Assembly (NCBI RefSeq): GCF_963921235.1
Contig: NC_086097.1
Location: forward strand, 85,562,001 to 85,626,000
DNA length: 64,000 bases
From: Mobula hypostoma
Taxonomy: Eukaryota
Direction of reading: 5' to 3'
Part shown: piece by piece, positions 12,055 to 24,340 of the stretch
How the letters are laid out: each line of letters opens with the position of its first letter
Numbering within the stretch: the first letter of the stretch is position 1
Notes under the pieces: generated by a model
The model's database searches: none
What the model saw: the letters and a program-made list of their open reading frames with translations, nothing else
What the model was told of the DNA's origin: nothing
Translations under genes and position numbers: made by a program

Positions 12055-15000
12055 AAAAACAAAGAAACATAGAAAACCTACAGCACAATACAGGCCCTGC
12101 GGCCCACAATGCTGTGTCGAACATGTACTTACTTAGAAATTACCTAGGGTTACCCATAACCCTCTATTTTTCTAAGCTCCATATACCTGTCCAGGAGTCA
12201 CTTAAAAAACCCTATTGTATCAATCTCCACCCCCATTGCCGGCAGCCCATTCCACTCATTCCCCACTCTCTGCATAAAAAAACTTACCCTGACATCTCCT
12301 CTGTACCTACTCCCTAGCACCTTAAACCTGTGCTATCTCGTGTAAGCTATTTCAGCCCTGGGAAAGAACCTCTTACTAACTACACGATCAATGCCTCTCA
12401 TCATCTTATACACCTCTATCAGGTCACCTCTCATCCTCTGTCGCTCCAAGGAGAAAAAGCCGAGTTCACTCAAACTATTCTCATAAGGCATGCTCCCCGA
12501 TCCAGGCAACATCCTTGAAAATCTCCTCTGCACCCTTTCTATCGTTTCCACATCCTTCCTGTAGTGAGGTAACCAGAACTGAGCACAGTACGCCAAGTGG
12601 GGTCTGACCAAGGTCCCATAAAGCTGTAACATTAACTCTTGGCTTTTAGACTCAATCCCACGATTGATGAAGGCCAATGCACTGCATGCTTTCTTAACAA
12701 CAGAACCTGCACAGCAGCTTTGAGTGTCCTATGGACTCGGACCCCAAGATCCCTTTGATCCCCCACACTGCCAAGAGTCTTACCATTAATACTATATTCT
12801 GCCATCATATTTCATCTACCAAAATGAACCAACTCACACATCTGGGTTGAATTCCATCTGTCACTTCTCAGCCCAGTTTAGCATCCTATTAATGTCCTGC
12901 TGTGACATCCCCACAACCTTTGTGTCATCAGAAAATTTACTAACCCATTCTCCACTTCTTCATTCAGGTCATTTATAAAAGTCACGAAGAGTAGGGGTCC
13001 CAGAACAGATCCCTGAGGCACACCACTGGTCACCAACCTCCATGCAGAATATGGCCCATCTACAACCAATCTTTGCCTTCTGTGTGCAAGCCAGTTCTGG
13101 ATCCACAAAGCAATGTCCCCTTGAATCCCATGCCTCCTTACTTTCTCAATAAGCCTTGCGTGGGGTATCTTATCAAATGCCTTGCTGAAATCCATATACA
13201 CTACATCTACTGCTCTTCCTTCATCAATGTGTTTAGTCACATCCTCAAAAAATTCAATCAGGTTCGTAAGGCACGACTTGCCTTTGACAAAGCCATGCTG
13301 ACTATTCCTGATCATATTATACCTCTCCTAATGTTCATAAATCCTGCCTCTCAGGATCTTTTCCATTAACTTATCAACCACTGAAGTAAGACTCATTGGT
13401 CTATAATTTCCTGGGCTATCTCTACTCCCTTTCTTGAATAAGGGAATAACGTCTGCAACCCTGCAATCCTCCGCGACCTCTCCTGTCCACATTGATGATG
13501 CAAAGATCACTGCCAGAGGCTTAGCAATCTCCTCCCTCACCTCCCACAGTAGCCTGGGGCACATCTCGTCTGGTTCCGGTGACTTATCCAACTTGATGCT
13601 TTCCAAAAGCTCCAGCACATCCTCTTCCTTAATGTCTATATGCTCAAGCTTTTCAATCCACTGTAAGTCATCCCTACAATCGCCAAGATCCTTTTCCGTA
13701 GTGAATACTAAAGCAAAGTATACATTAAGTACCTTTGCTATCTCATCCGGTTCCATACACACTTTTCCACTGTCACACTTGATTGGTCCTATTCTCTCAC
13801 GTCTTATCCTCTTGCTCTTCACTTACCTGTAGAATGCCTAGGGTTTTCCTTAATCCTGCTTGCCAAGGCCTTCTCATGGTCCCTTCTGGCTCCCCTAATT
13901 TCATTCTTAAGCTCCTTCGTGCTAGCCTTCTATTCTTCTAGATATCTATCATTACCTAGTTCTTTGAACCTTTTGTAAGCTTTTCTTCTTGACAAGATTT
14001 TCAACAGCCTTTGTACACCACAGTTCTTGTACCCTGTCTCATTGGAATGTACCTATGCAGAATGCCACACAAATATCCCCTGAATATTTGTCACAGTTCA
14101 GCTGAACATTTCCCTGAGAACATCTGTTCCCAATTAATGCTTCTAAGTTCCTGCCTGATAGGTTCATATTTCCCCTTACTCTAATTAAACATTTCCCTAA
14201 CTTGTCTGTTCTTGTCCCTCTCCAATACTATGGTAAAGGAGGTAGAATTGTGATCACTATCTCCAAAATGCTCTCCCACAGAGACCTGACACCTAACCAG
14301 GTTCATTTTCCAATACCAGATCAAGTACAGCCTCTCCTCTTGTAGGCTTATCTACATGTTGTGTCAGGAAACCTTCCTGAACACATCTAACAAACTCCAC
14401 CCCATCTAAACCCCTTGCTCTAGGGAGATGTCTATCAATATTTGGGAAATTAAAATTCCCTGTTATTATTTCATCTTTCCAAAATCTGCTCCTTGATGTC
14501 CCTCTTACTACTGAGTGGTCTATAAAGAACACCCAGTACAGTTACTGACGCCTTCCTTTTTCTAACTTCTACCCACAGAGACTCAGTAGACAATCCCTCC
14601 ATGACTTCCTCCTTTTCTGCAGGTGTGACACTATCTCTGATCAGCAGTGTCATGCCCCAGCTCTTTTGCCTCCCTCCTTATCTTTTCTGAAACATCTAAA
14701 GCCTGGCACTCTAAGTAACCATTTCTGCCCCTGAACCGTCCAAGTCTCTGTAATGGCCACAACATCATAGCTCCAAGTACTGATCCACACTCTAAGCTCA
14801 TTCGCTTTGTTCATGATGCTCCTTGCAGTAAAATAGACACATCTCAAACCATCGGTCTGAGCACATCCCTTCTCTATCATCTGCCTATTCCCCCTCTCAT
14901 ACTGTCTCCAAGCTTTCTCTAATTATGAGCCACCGCCCCTTCCTCCGTCTCTTCAGTTTGGTTCCCACCCCCCCAGCAATTCTAGTTTAAACTCTCCCCA

Positions 15001-16211
15001 GTAGCCTAAGCAAATCTCCCGTCCAGGATGTTGGTCCCCCTCGGATTCAAGTGCAACCCGTCCTTTTTGTACAGGTCACACCTGCCCCAAAAGAGGTCCC
15101 AGTGATTCAGAAATCTGAATCCCTGCCCCCTGCTCCAATCCCTCAGCCACACATTTATCCTCCACCTCACTCTATTCCTATATTCACTGTCACATGGCAC
15201 AGGCAGTAATCCTGAGATGACTACCTTTGTGGTCCTGCTTCTCAACTTCTTTCCTAACTCCCTGTAGTCTGCTTTCAGGACCTCCTCCCTTTTCCTGCCT
15301 ATGTTGTTGGTACCAATAGGTACCATGACCTCTGACTGTTTTCCTTCCCACATCAGGATATCGTGGATGCGATCAAAAACATCCCAGGACCCTGGCACCT
15401 GGGAGGCAATCTACCATCTGTGTTTCTTTCCAGCATCCACAGAATCGCCTGTCTGACCCCCTAACTACAGAGTCCCCTATCACTGCTGCCATCCTCTTCC
15501 TTTCCCTCCCCTTCTGAGCCACAGGGCCAGACTTTGTGCCAAATGCGTGGCCACTGTTGCTTCCCCCAGGTAGGCCAACTCCCCCAACAGTACTCAAAGA
15601 GGAGTACTTATTGTTAAGGGGGACAGCCACTGGGGTACTCTGTAGCATCTGACTCTTGCCCTTCTCTCTCCTGACTGTTACCCACTTACCTGTCTCCCCA
15701 GGTCCCAGCGTGACTACCTACCTAGAGCTCCTCTCCATCAGCTCCTCACTCTCCCTGATCAGACGAAGGTCATCGAGGTGCAGCTCCAGTTCCCTAACAC
15801 GGATCCCTAAGGAGCTGCAGCTCGACACACCTGGCGCAGATGTGGCCGTCTGGGAGGCTGGGAGACTCCAGGACCTCCCACATCTGATACTGAGCACAGA
15901 ACACCGGCCTCACACACATACTTCCTGTTTCTATTCTTCACAGGTAACCTACCTTGCCTTGACCCTTTGAGCCAAAGCCCTCCTACTCTGTCTACCCCTA
16001 CTCCGTCACCTGCTCCTCTGACACCCGATCTATAAATCTGTCTCCTTTTAAACTCTTCGCGCTGCCTAACTCGCTGACATCCGCATGCTTGTGTAATCGT
16101 CCCTCGATCAAACCACTGAAGGAAAAAGCTATCTCCTTTTAAGCTCTTCAAGCTGGTCTAACTCGCTGACATCCATGCACTTGTGCAGTCGTCCCTTGAT
16201 CAAACCTCATC
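12055..16211 (-). mobile_element. Near full-length CR1 LINE (5' UTR, ORF1 Zn-finger/esterase, ORF2 APE-RT, 3' UTR)
   Basis: ORF1 from about 15919 (MCVRPVFCAQYQMW...HICARC, VIGDSVVRG, GTNNIG, DGLHLN). ORF2 pieces [41 protein letters not shown]. Flanked by an aagaat duplication (12049-12054 and 16212-16217). Confidence 0.9.
15006..15919 (-). pseudogene. CR1 ORF1: zinc finger/leucine zipper plus SGNH esterase (frameshifted)
   Basis: GDS, GxN and DGLH blocks in ORFs 15373-15648 and 15006-15398. Confidence 0.8.
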
Positions 16212-16520
16212 AAGAATGAGGGGTAACATCATTGAAACACACCGAATGTTGAAAGACCTCAACAGAGTGGATGTAGAGAGGATGTTTCCTATAGTAGGGG
16301 AGTCTAAGACCAGTGGACACAGCCTCAAAATAGTTTTAGAATGGAGATGAGGAGGAGTAACTTCAGTCAGAGAATGGTGAAATGTCAGGAGGCCAAGTTA
16401 TTGGGTATATTTGAAGGTCACGTGTTGTTGTGCCATTTATCGGGCGCTTCCCTGAATAACTCCTACAAAAGCTTCTTTACAACCTGTTTATAAGGCTCTC
16501 ATATAACCTCAATAAAAGCA

Positions 16521-17453
16521 ATGGTTAAAAGGAAAAATTGTGGAAATCCTACTGGCGCTATCACTGCTGGCCCTGCACTTCCGGGAGCATCTGGAGTTGA
16601 GGGACGCGGGAGCAATGGTGATGAGGCCTGCTCGTCGGATGGTTCCTCTGAGCCTGTGGAAGGTCCAAGGGTGGCAGCAGGGCGACGTGGTGGCCTCGCG
16701 GCCGCGATTCATGAGTTGACCGATGCAGTCCGGACTTTAACCGGTAGGATGGACAAATTCGAGAATCATTTAGACCTTATCATGCAAGAATCTAAGGAAA
16801 TAAAGCAGGCTTTGGAATCTTTAAATTTGCGAACTCAGGATTTAGAAAATAATATGAAGGATATTGTGAATAGATTACAAAGCCTGGAAAAAGAAAAAGA
16901 TTCCTGGAGGATTGAGAAAGTAAAAATAATGGACAAACTGGACTCCCTTGAAAACTATAGCAGAAGAAATAATATCAAAATAGTGGGTTTAAAAGAGGGA
17001 TTGGAAGGAAGAGACGCAGAGACTTTCTTTCAAGAATGGATCCCCAAAGTTCTGGGGGAAAAGCATTTTGACAAAGAATTAATTATAGAAAGAGCCCACA
17101 GGACTTTAAACCCCCGATCACCTCCAGAGCAAAGGCCGTGCTCTATACGCTTTTTGAAGTATCAGGATAAACAAAAAGCATTACAAGCTGCTGCAATAGA
17201 GGCCAGAGAGAGAAATGGCCTACTAGAGTTTTAAGGGGGAAAGATATTCCTCTTTCCAGATATTAGTGTGGCCTTGTTAAGAAAAAGGAAAGACTTTGAC
17301 TTAACAAGGAGGTTATTAAAGAATAAAGGTCTTCAATATTCTTTATTATATCCAGCAAAACTGAGAATTACTCTGTTGGATGGAGGGAGGAAATTTTTTA
17401 CTAACCCCCAGGAGGTGACAAACTTTATTCAAAAAATATCTGAGACATCGTGA
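16521..17453 (+). pseudogene. L1 ORF1p (coiled coil + RRM + CTD), broken near 17234
   Basis: LENYSRRNNIKIVGLKEGLEG...IERAHR...RFLKYQDK, then RKRKDF...YSLLYPAKLRI. Confidence 0.9.
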
Positions 17454-18254
17454 TTCAGAATATTCTTCTGGAACAAGAGGCCTAGAAAGATGTATCTTGG
17501 ACAAAATATATGAAGACATTTATTTGATTTTCTTTATTAATATAGATTAATTATAACAACATTATAATCTTGAACTTCGAATCTGTATGATTATGGATGA
17601 AGACTGTGATTTAAAATATTGATTATGTATGGTCTTTTTGAATTATACTACTTAGGAACTATATAGTTCATCTAATTTTGTTATAACTAGTATAAATAGC
17701 TTTGATTATATAGATGTCATCTTTTGATATGTTTAATTTTTGGTATGATGGATATGTATTGTCATAGTATTTAGTGTTATATTTAGTAAGTCTCTTTGAA
17801 TTCTATTCTTTATTCGGATATATTGCTATATTAATGATATTTACTTTCAATACTATAGATTATTAGATATTTAGTAATAACGGGTGTGGAATATAATTTA
17901 TTTTTACAGATGTTTAATTAAGGGGTTATTGGGGGAGTGGATAATTTTTTCGTCTCTTTTTAAAAAAAAGATCAATTATGTTATATGTTAAAGAATGCCC
18001 ATCTTTAGTGCGATGTTTATCGGACCCCACAGTAAGAGGGGTTAAGGTGCCGTGGATTTGGAGCGCCAGTTGGGAGGGTTTTTCTCCCTTTCTTTTTCTT
18101 TTTTTTTCTTTTTTTTCTTTCCTCTTTGGTTTCTTTTCTATTTTCTATACTCCATTGAGAATGGCACCAAATATCTCAGAGTCACTCAAAGAAGTGGGAT
18201 TAATTTTTACTTTTTTTGTGGGCAGGATTTATCAACCGATAAAATCAGGTAACT

Positions 18255-21200
18255 ATGAATAGAGCAATTAAATTTTTGTCTTAATGTTAATGGGATAAAT
18301 GGACCAATAAAAAGGAAAAAGGTCCTGGCATATCTTTAAAAAATCATATTGATATTACCTTTCTTCAAGAAACTCATCTTACAGTGACAGAACATAACAA
18401 ATTAAAGAGAGGATGGGTTGGTCAAGTAATAGCATCCCCCTTTAATTCTGAAGCCAGAGGAGTGGCAGTACTGATAGGGAAGAATTTGCCAGTGAAAGTG
18501 GAGAGTACTATCACATATCCAGCCGGGAGATTTGTTATGGTCAATTGTCAAATATATTCAGAATCCTGGACACTTTTGAATTTATATGCCCCCAATTATG
18601 ACAATGAGAAATTTATCCAAAATATTTTTTGAAAGTTGCTCAAGGATATGAAAATATCTTAATGGAGGGGATTTCAATTTTTATCCGGATCCAATTTTAG
18701 ATAGATCAGTTGAAAAAGTCGTGAAGGTCAGGGCAGCAAAAACCACCCTGGCCTTCATGAAGGACCTGAATATAATAGATGCTTGGAGATGGCAGCATCC
18801 AAGGGAAAGAAACTACTCTTTCTATTCAAAACAATATGATTCCTACTCTAGAATTATTTCTAATATCAGGGTAAATTCAAACAGAATATGCCGCTAGACT
18901 ACTATCGGACCATTCACCTTTAATTTTATCAATTGAAATGCCTGATAAACAAAAAACATTATATAGATGGCGTTTTAATCCTTTGCTGTTGAAAAGACCA
19001 GAGTTTTGCAGTTTTATTAGGCCTCAAATAGAATTGTTCTGTGAGACGAACTCACCCTCTATTGCCAATAAGAGGAGAAGATGGTGACGCGACACAGCGC
19101 GCACGGCCGCTCTGAAATGATATCATATTTGTGAAGTAGGATGCCGTGCACAATCTTGATTCCATGGAAACAGCCGTGACAAGCATGGAGGAACATCTGG
19201 AGAAACTTCTGAAATAACTACTTCGCTGCCGCTACTACTGTCCGATCGAGAATCTCCGGAGGGGGAAGCCCCAAATCCTTGGCTTTGCCTATTGCCTGTT
19301 GCTCGGTGTTGGAGGCTCGAAGTTTTCGGAAGGACTCAAGCGTCGGCTGTGGTCGGGTGCTTCCAAGGTGCTGCATCGGCAAGTTTGCGGTGCTGGAGGC
19401 TCATGGCAGGAAGAGAGTTTCTCTTCCTTCTACCATCTGAGTGAGAAGATGGGACATTTGAGAGACTTTGAGACTTTTTTTTACCGTGCCCATGGTCTGT
19501 TGTAACTATATGTTATAATTATGTGGTTTTTGTTAGTTTTTCAGTCTTGGTTTGTCTTGTGTTTCTGTGATATCATTCTGGAGGAACATTGTATCATTTC
19601 TTAATGCGTGCATTACTAAATGACAATAAAAGAGGACTGCGTGTCCTCATAATCTAATCTAATCTAATTATGGGACACATTAAAAGCATACTTAAGAGGA
19701 CGGATAATTGGATATGTTAAGGGTATAAAAAATAAATATTAACAGAATTAAAAGAATTGGAGAAAGAAATAACACAATTAGAAAAAGATTTTCAGAATTT
19801 AACAACGGAGGAAAATTATGAAAAATTAATAAATAAAAAATTAGAATATAACACAAAACAATCCTATAGAATAGGAAAAATGATACTAAGGTCAAAACAA
19901 CAATATTATGAATTAGGAGAGAGAACCCATGAAGTACTATCTTGGCAACTGAGGGTGGAAGAAACCTCTAGAACAATGAATGCGATTCAAACAGAGGAAG
20001 GTAAGATTTCATATAAACCAAAAGAAATAAATGATACTTTTAAGCAGTTCTATTCGGAACTATATAAATCAGAATCAGTGGGTGACTCACTGGAAATTGA
20101 TGATTTCTTGTCTAATTTACAACTTCCCAAATGAGTCAACAAGATCAGGAAGAATTGAATGCTCTTTTTTCCAGGGATGAAATTGAAAGAGCCCTAGGCT
20201 TGTTACAGGCTAATAAATCACTGGGAGATGATGGTTTCCCCCCTGAATTTTTGGAGAATTTAAGGATCAATTAATGCCCCTTTTTATGAGCATTGTGACT
20301 CAGGCTGAGGAGACCCATACTCTACAGGAATCCTTTTCAACAGGAATTATTACATTAATTCTTAAGAAGGATAAGGATCCGCTAAAACCAGCATCTTATA
20401 GGCCTATCTCACTTTTAAATGCGGACTATAAAATTATAGCAAAGGCATTGATTGGCTAATAGACTAGCTCAATATCTCCCAAAATTAATTAAATCCGATC
20501 AAACAGGATTTATTAAAAATAGACAATTATCTGATAACATTGGCAGACTATTGACTATATTACATTTAGCTAGGACGAAGGTGGACCCAACTGTAGCAGT
20601 GGCTTTAGATGCTGAAAAAGGCCTCTGATAGACTTGAATGGGATTTTTTATTTAAAACAATGGAAAAATTTGGTCTAGGCCAAATATTCATAAATTGGAT
20701 AAGAGCACTTTACCATCAGTTTAAGGCCAAAATAATTACGAACGGGCAGATTTCACCAGTTTTCTCTCTACATAGGTCTAGTAGACAAGGTTGCCCATTA
20801 TCTCCAGCTCTATTTGTTCTGGCAATAGAGCCATTGGCTGAGGCTATTAGATGGGATCCAGATATAAAGGGGTTTAAAGTGGCCCAGGAAGAATATAAAA
20901 TTAATTTATTTGCTGATAACATTTTAGTATATTTGGCTGACCCGGCCGGCTCTTTGTTAAGACTTAGGGCCTTGCTGGACAATTATGGTATAGTCTTGGG
21001 ATATCAAATAAATTGGAATAAAAGTGAAATTTTACCTTTAGGTAGACGAGACTATGCCCAATATCAATATGACACTCAGTTTAGATGGGTTAAATTCAAC
21101 ATGAAATATCTGGGGATTAAGTTTAATCGTAATTTGGATGACCTTCAGAAACTTAATTACCTCCCCTTGCTGTGGAATGTCGAGGAGGACCTACGTAGGT

Positions 21201-21915
21201 GGATAAACCTTCCCACCACACTGATAGGCAGGGTAAACTGTATAAAAATGAAGATAATGCCAAGACTTCAGTATTTTTTTCAGTCTTTACCTATCCCATT
21301 ATCCAATAATTTTTTTAAGATTCTCAATGGACATATTCGTTTATTTTTATATTGGGTAAAATATCTAGAATCTCCATGGAAAAATTGACCTGGGACTATA
21401 AATTGGGAGGGTTAAAATTACCAGATTTAAAAAAAATATTATTGAGCTGCACAAGCACACTTTATTGCTTCTTTTTTTGATGAGACAACTATTCCTTCTT
21501 GGGTTACAATTGGCTTACATATGGTAGAAGAGATGGCAGAAGGATTTATAGATAAATGGGACTCCAAATTAATTAAGAAGAAAACAAATTTATATCTGGG
21601 AAAAAAATTAAACAACTTATGGGTCTAAAAAAAGGAATATCCTCAAAGACACCTCTATCTCAGAACAGATTAATACCCATGACTCTGGGTAATAAATTTC
21701 TAGTCACCTGGTATCAACATGATATCAGGCGCATTAAAGATTGTTATAATCAGCAGAAGCAATTTATGTCTTTTGAGGGACTTAAAACTAAATATAATTT
21801 ATCTAATAACACATTCTTCTGTTATCTCCAATTACGATCTTTTTTGAGGGACTGTTTGGCTCCATCACTGGCCCTACCAAGGTGCTCAGACATGGAGATT
21901 CTAATTCCCTTATTA
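18255..21915 (+). pseudogene. L1 ORF2p (APE endonuclease + RT), disrupted, C-terminus missing
   Basis: FLQETHL, LNLYAPN, LWDTLKAYLRG, SYRPISLLNADYKI, SRQGCPLSPALF, LFADN, MKYLGI. Confidence 0.9.
19071..19667 (+). mobile_element. SINE-like non-autonomous retroposon inserted in L1 ORF2
   Basis: GC/CpG-richer block with an aagatggtg head, a 3' hairpin gaggac-tgcgt-gtcctc and a (taatc)n tail. L1 ORF2 resumes immediately after it (LWDTLKAYLRG). Confidence 0.75.
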
Positions 21916-22397
21916 TAAGCTAGTTTCTTTAATTTGTATTTTAAACTGACTCTGAGAGCTGGATGCCTACTCTTCTTTTTCTTTTTTTTCTCTTTTCTTT
22001 TTTCTCCTCTCTTTCTTTCCTCTGTCTTTTATGTTTTTTTTCTCCCTCTTTTTTCTAAATGAGGGGAGATGGTGTCGGGATAGGTGTTTTTTTCCCTCTC
22101 TCGGACTTATTAATGTATTTGAATTAATTTTTTTCAATATGTATTAATTGTTGTATTAATTGAGTCCTTATATTCTTTAAAAAATTAAATAAAATATTTT
22201 TAAAAAAGTTATTGGGTATATTTAAGGCAGAGCTTGATAGGTTTTTGATTAATCAGGGTATGAAAGGATACACGGAGAAGGCAGGAATTTGGGGCTGAGA
22301 GGGAAAATGTATCTGCCATGATAAAATGACAGAGCAGACTCGATGGGTCAAATGGCCTAATTCTGCACCTAGATCTTGTATTCTTAATGCCTATTAA

Positions 22398-22795
22398 TCA
22401 AAGATTCCAAGGTTCATTAATTATCTCGGTATGTATGCAGTACAGAACTCTGAGATCCACCTTCTCCAGATAGCCACGAAACAAAGGAAACCATGGAGGT
22501 CTTTTAAAGAAAAGTATCAACTCCCCCCCCACATGAAGAAACTTATAAATTGCCCCAAATTTAAATCGCAATGTCAACAACAGCATCAAACCACACCCCC
22601 CCCCACAGAAATACAAATTGGTGAAATGCAAGAACATCAAACCCCAACCCCCCCCACACACACACACACAAAAGAACTACAAATTGTACCAAAGTTAAAT
22701 TGCGCTGACACCAACCAAAACGAGTGAAAACACAGAATATAAAAGACATAAAAGTGTCCATTCCAATCCATAAATCACAGAACTTCAGTCACATG
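22398..22795 (-). mobile_element. SINE-like retroposon 3' portion
   Basis: tcaaagattccaaggttcattaattatc...gtatgcagtacagaactctgagat...ttctccagatagcc matches the element starting at about 42915. Confidence 0.55.
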
Positions 22796-22811
22796 CTTTG
22801 GGGGGGGGGGT

Positions 22812-23050
22812 GATCCCGTGGGAAAACATATGAGACACCCAGCATTGGCAGGTCACTGATTATCATGTAGGTGCCCACACTTCATGTGACATGGAGGAGG
22901 CTGCATGCAACACTTACACAGGAAAGGTAAGGGTACAACAACCAACTAGGTGGCCAGAGAGGGAGTGGCCTGGGGCAGGGCAATAAGTGGTGGGTGGCAC
23001 TTTGAGGAGAACAGGGAATAGTGTGTCTGAACACCCAACAATTAATTGAA
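22812..23050 (+). pseudogene. pol: ERV RNase H C-terminus fused by deletion to the integrase C-terminal tail
   Basis: PWENI*DTQHWQVTDYHVGAHTSCDMEEAACN (RNase H HVxAH...N motif), then VRVQQP and GQGNKWWVAL*GEQGIVCLNTQQL, resembling the ERV-L IN tail (KVWV.PP...EGKGNTEWVV). Confidence 0.6.
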
Positions 23051-23089
23051 ATAGAGTGATAGTGTGCTTCCCTTCATTGCAGAAATGCC

Positions 23090-23846
23090 CATCACCACAA
23101 CAGCAATGGTGGTCATGACTAATACCTTTCTCAGAATGTTGTATAAAGTATACTTATCGAAGTGTTGGGTGTGCTCCTGGACTCTAACACTCAGTCATGG
23201 GAGCACTGATCACCATCCCTCTGAATGACACTGAATACTAGACATGAAATGAATTCCTCAAGAACTTTTCATCTAAGACTGTCAATGGGACAGTAAAAGG
23301 GGGACAGTTTAAGGGATGGGACGCACCAGCATGTAATCAGATGTTGTGATGTTGTGTTATATGTATATCACATATACAATCTGGCTAAACACCCCACCCA
23401 CAAGTCAAAACATCAGAAAATGGTATCACAGAGGCCAATCAGTTCTGGATGAAAGTATGGAGCTCCCCAGTTATCATCTTTGATGGCCTGAGAAAGAATA
23501 GAATGACGTTGGATTATATCCTGGAAAGGAAGGAGGTACTTGTGCCATAATAGGCCGGGTCTGTTCTACTTATACCTCCAATGAGTCAGAGAATATAACA
23601 GATTTGACCATATCCAACAGTCGGTAGATAAGATACGTAAGGTGAGAGATCAGTTCCATAAAAGTGAGGTAGTTGTTGGCCCTTTGCAGCACCAGGAGGT
23701 TGGTGGGCTGCTGGAGTACACTGGGGTATTACTACATCCATTTTGCTTTTGTGCTTAGTAGTTTGGCATTTTGCTTGTAATATGGTGGGGCATCTGTGGG
23801 GGTTGTATAAAAGCCTGTGGACCGGATGTAATGGGTTGCAACATTC
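23090..23846 (+). pseudogene. env: ERV env remnant (gamma-type TM: ISD, CX6C, membrane anchor)
   Basis: From 23497: NRMTLDYIL-[1-nt frameshift]-EGGTCAIIGRVCSTYTSNESENIT. Downstream: GGWWAAGVHWGITTSILLLCLVVWHFAC (hydrophobic anchor). A pyrimidine-rich cag acceptor-like site lies at about 23070-23082. Confidence 0.75.
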
Positions 23847-23857
23847 AAGGAGTGGAA

Positions 23858-24340
23858 TATATTGTAAAGGGTTCATCTTTGTGCATGGCAAATGTCTCAT
23901 CACCACCATGTTCTGGAATGTAACAGAACTTTGATTGCTACTGTGGAGTACAACCATGAGAATGCAATACTACCATGGGAACATGGAAGTTAGTTGAACA
24001 CAGGGGTGCGAATCGTGAACAGTGATGATTGGTTCTGATTCTGTGGTTTGGGCTGGTGTTAATATATTAGTCCACTTATTGCAGAATTTCATATCAGTAG
24101 AGACGGTATAAAAGTAGAGTGATTGGAGGGCCTAGGAGTAGCTATTCAAGGCCTCACTGACAGGCTGGTCATGACTAGAGTCATGGATTGAGTGGGAGGT
24201 GTGCTGCATTGAGAGGGGCCCGTGCACACTTAGATAAGTATTTTAATGCTTGCTCTTTTCTATCCATAATCATAGTTTTAGGTAGATAATTGGATTTTGT
24301 GTCTTTTCTGCCTATCTGAGCCAGATCCGAGAACCTATTG
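23858..24340 (+). mobile_element. Candidate ERV 3' LTR
   Basis: Follows the PPT-like aaggagtgga (23847-23856) right after env and contains gtataaaag (about 24106). Boundaries are uncertain and there is no partner LTR. Confidence 0.4.

Larger units (their letters stand above)
16413..22205 (+). mobile_element. L1 (LINE-1 clade) element with both termini and an internal 3' ORF2 deletion
   Basis: 18-bp TSD aagttattgggtatattt (16395-16412 and 22206-22223). ORF1 16521-17453, ORF2 about 18255-21900, AATAAA and A-rich tail near 22187-22205. Confidence 0.92.
9500..22390 (+). mobile_element. CR1 LINE (end of ORF1 esterase, ORF2, 3' UTR) in three pieces: 9500-12054, 16212-16412, 22206-22390
   Basis: DGLLLNPRGTNI (SGNH esterase end), VYLDFQKAFDKV, FADD, LVRPHLEYC. 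The sequence resumes across two insertions at duplicated target sites and ends in a CR1 3' UTR. Confidence 0.85.
6930..24340 (+). mobile_element. Degenerate class III (ERV-L/ERV-S-like) endogenous retrovirus, fragmented by nested insertions
   Basis: Collinear + strand remnants of gag C-terminus, protease, RT, RNase H, integrase tail, env TM, PPT-like tract and a candidate 3' LTR. No 5' LTR recognised. Confidence 0.75.

Noticed and set aside
13434..13832. Ser-rich plus-strand ORF and similar ORFs opposite LINEs (e.g. 60370-60876, 4725-5084)
   Set aside because: Antisense open frames of CR1/Rex1 ORF2, a common artefact.
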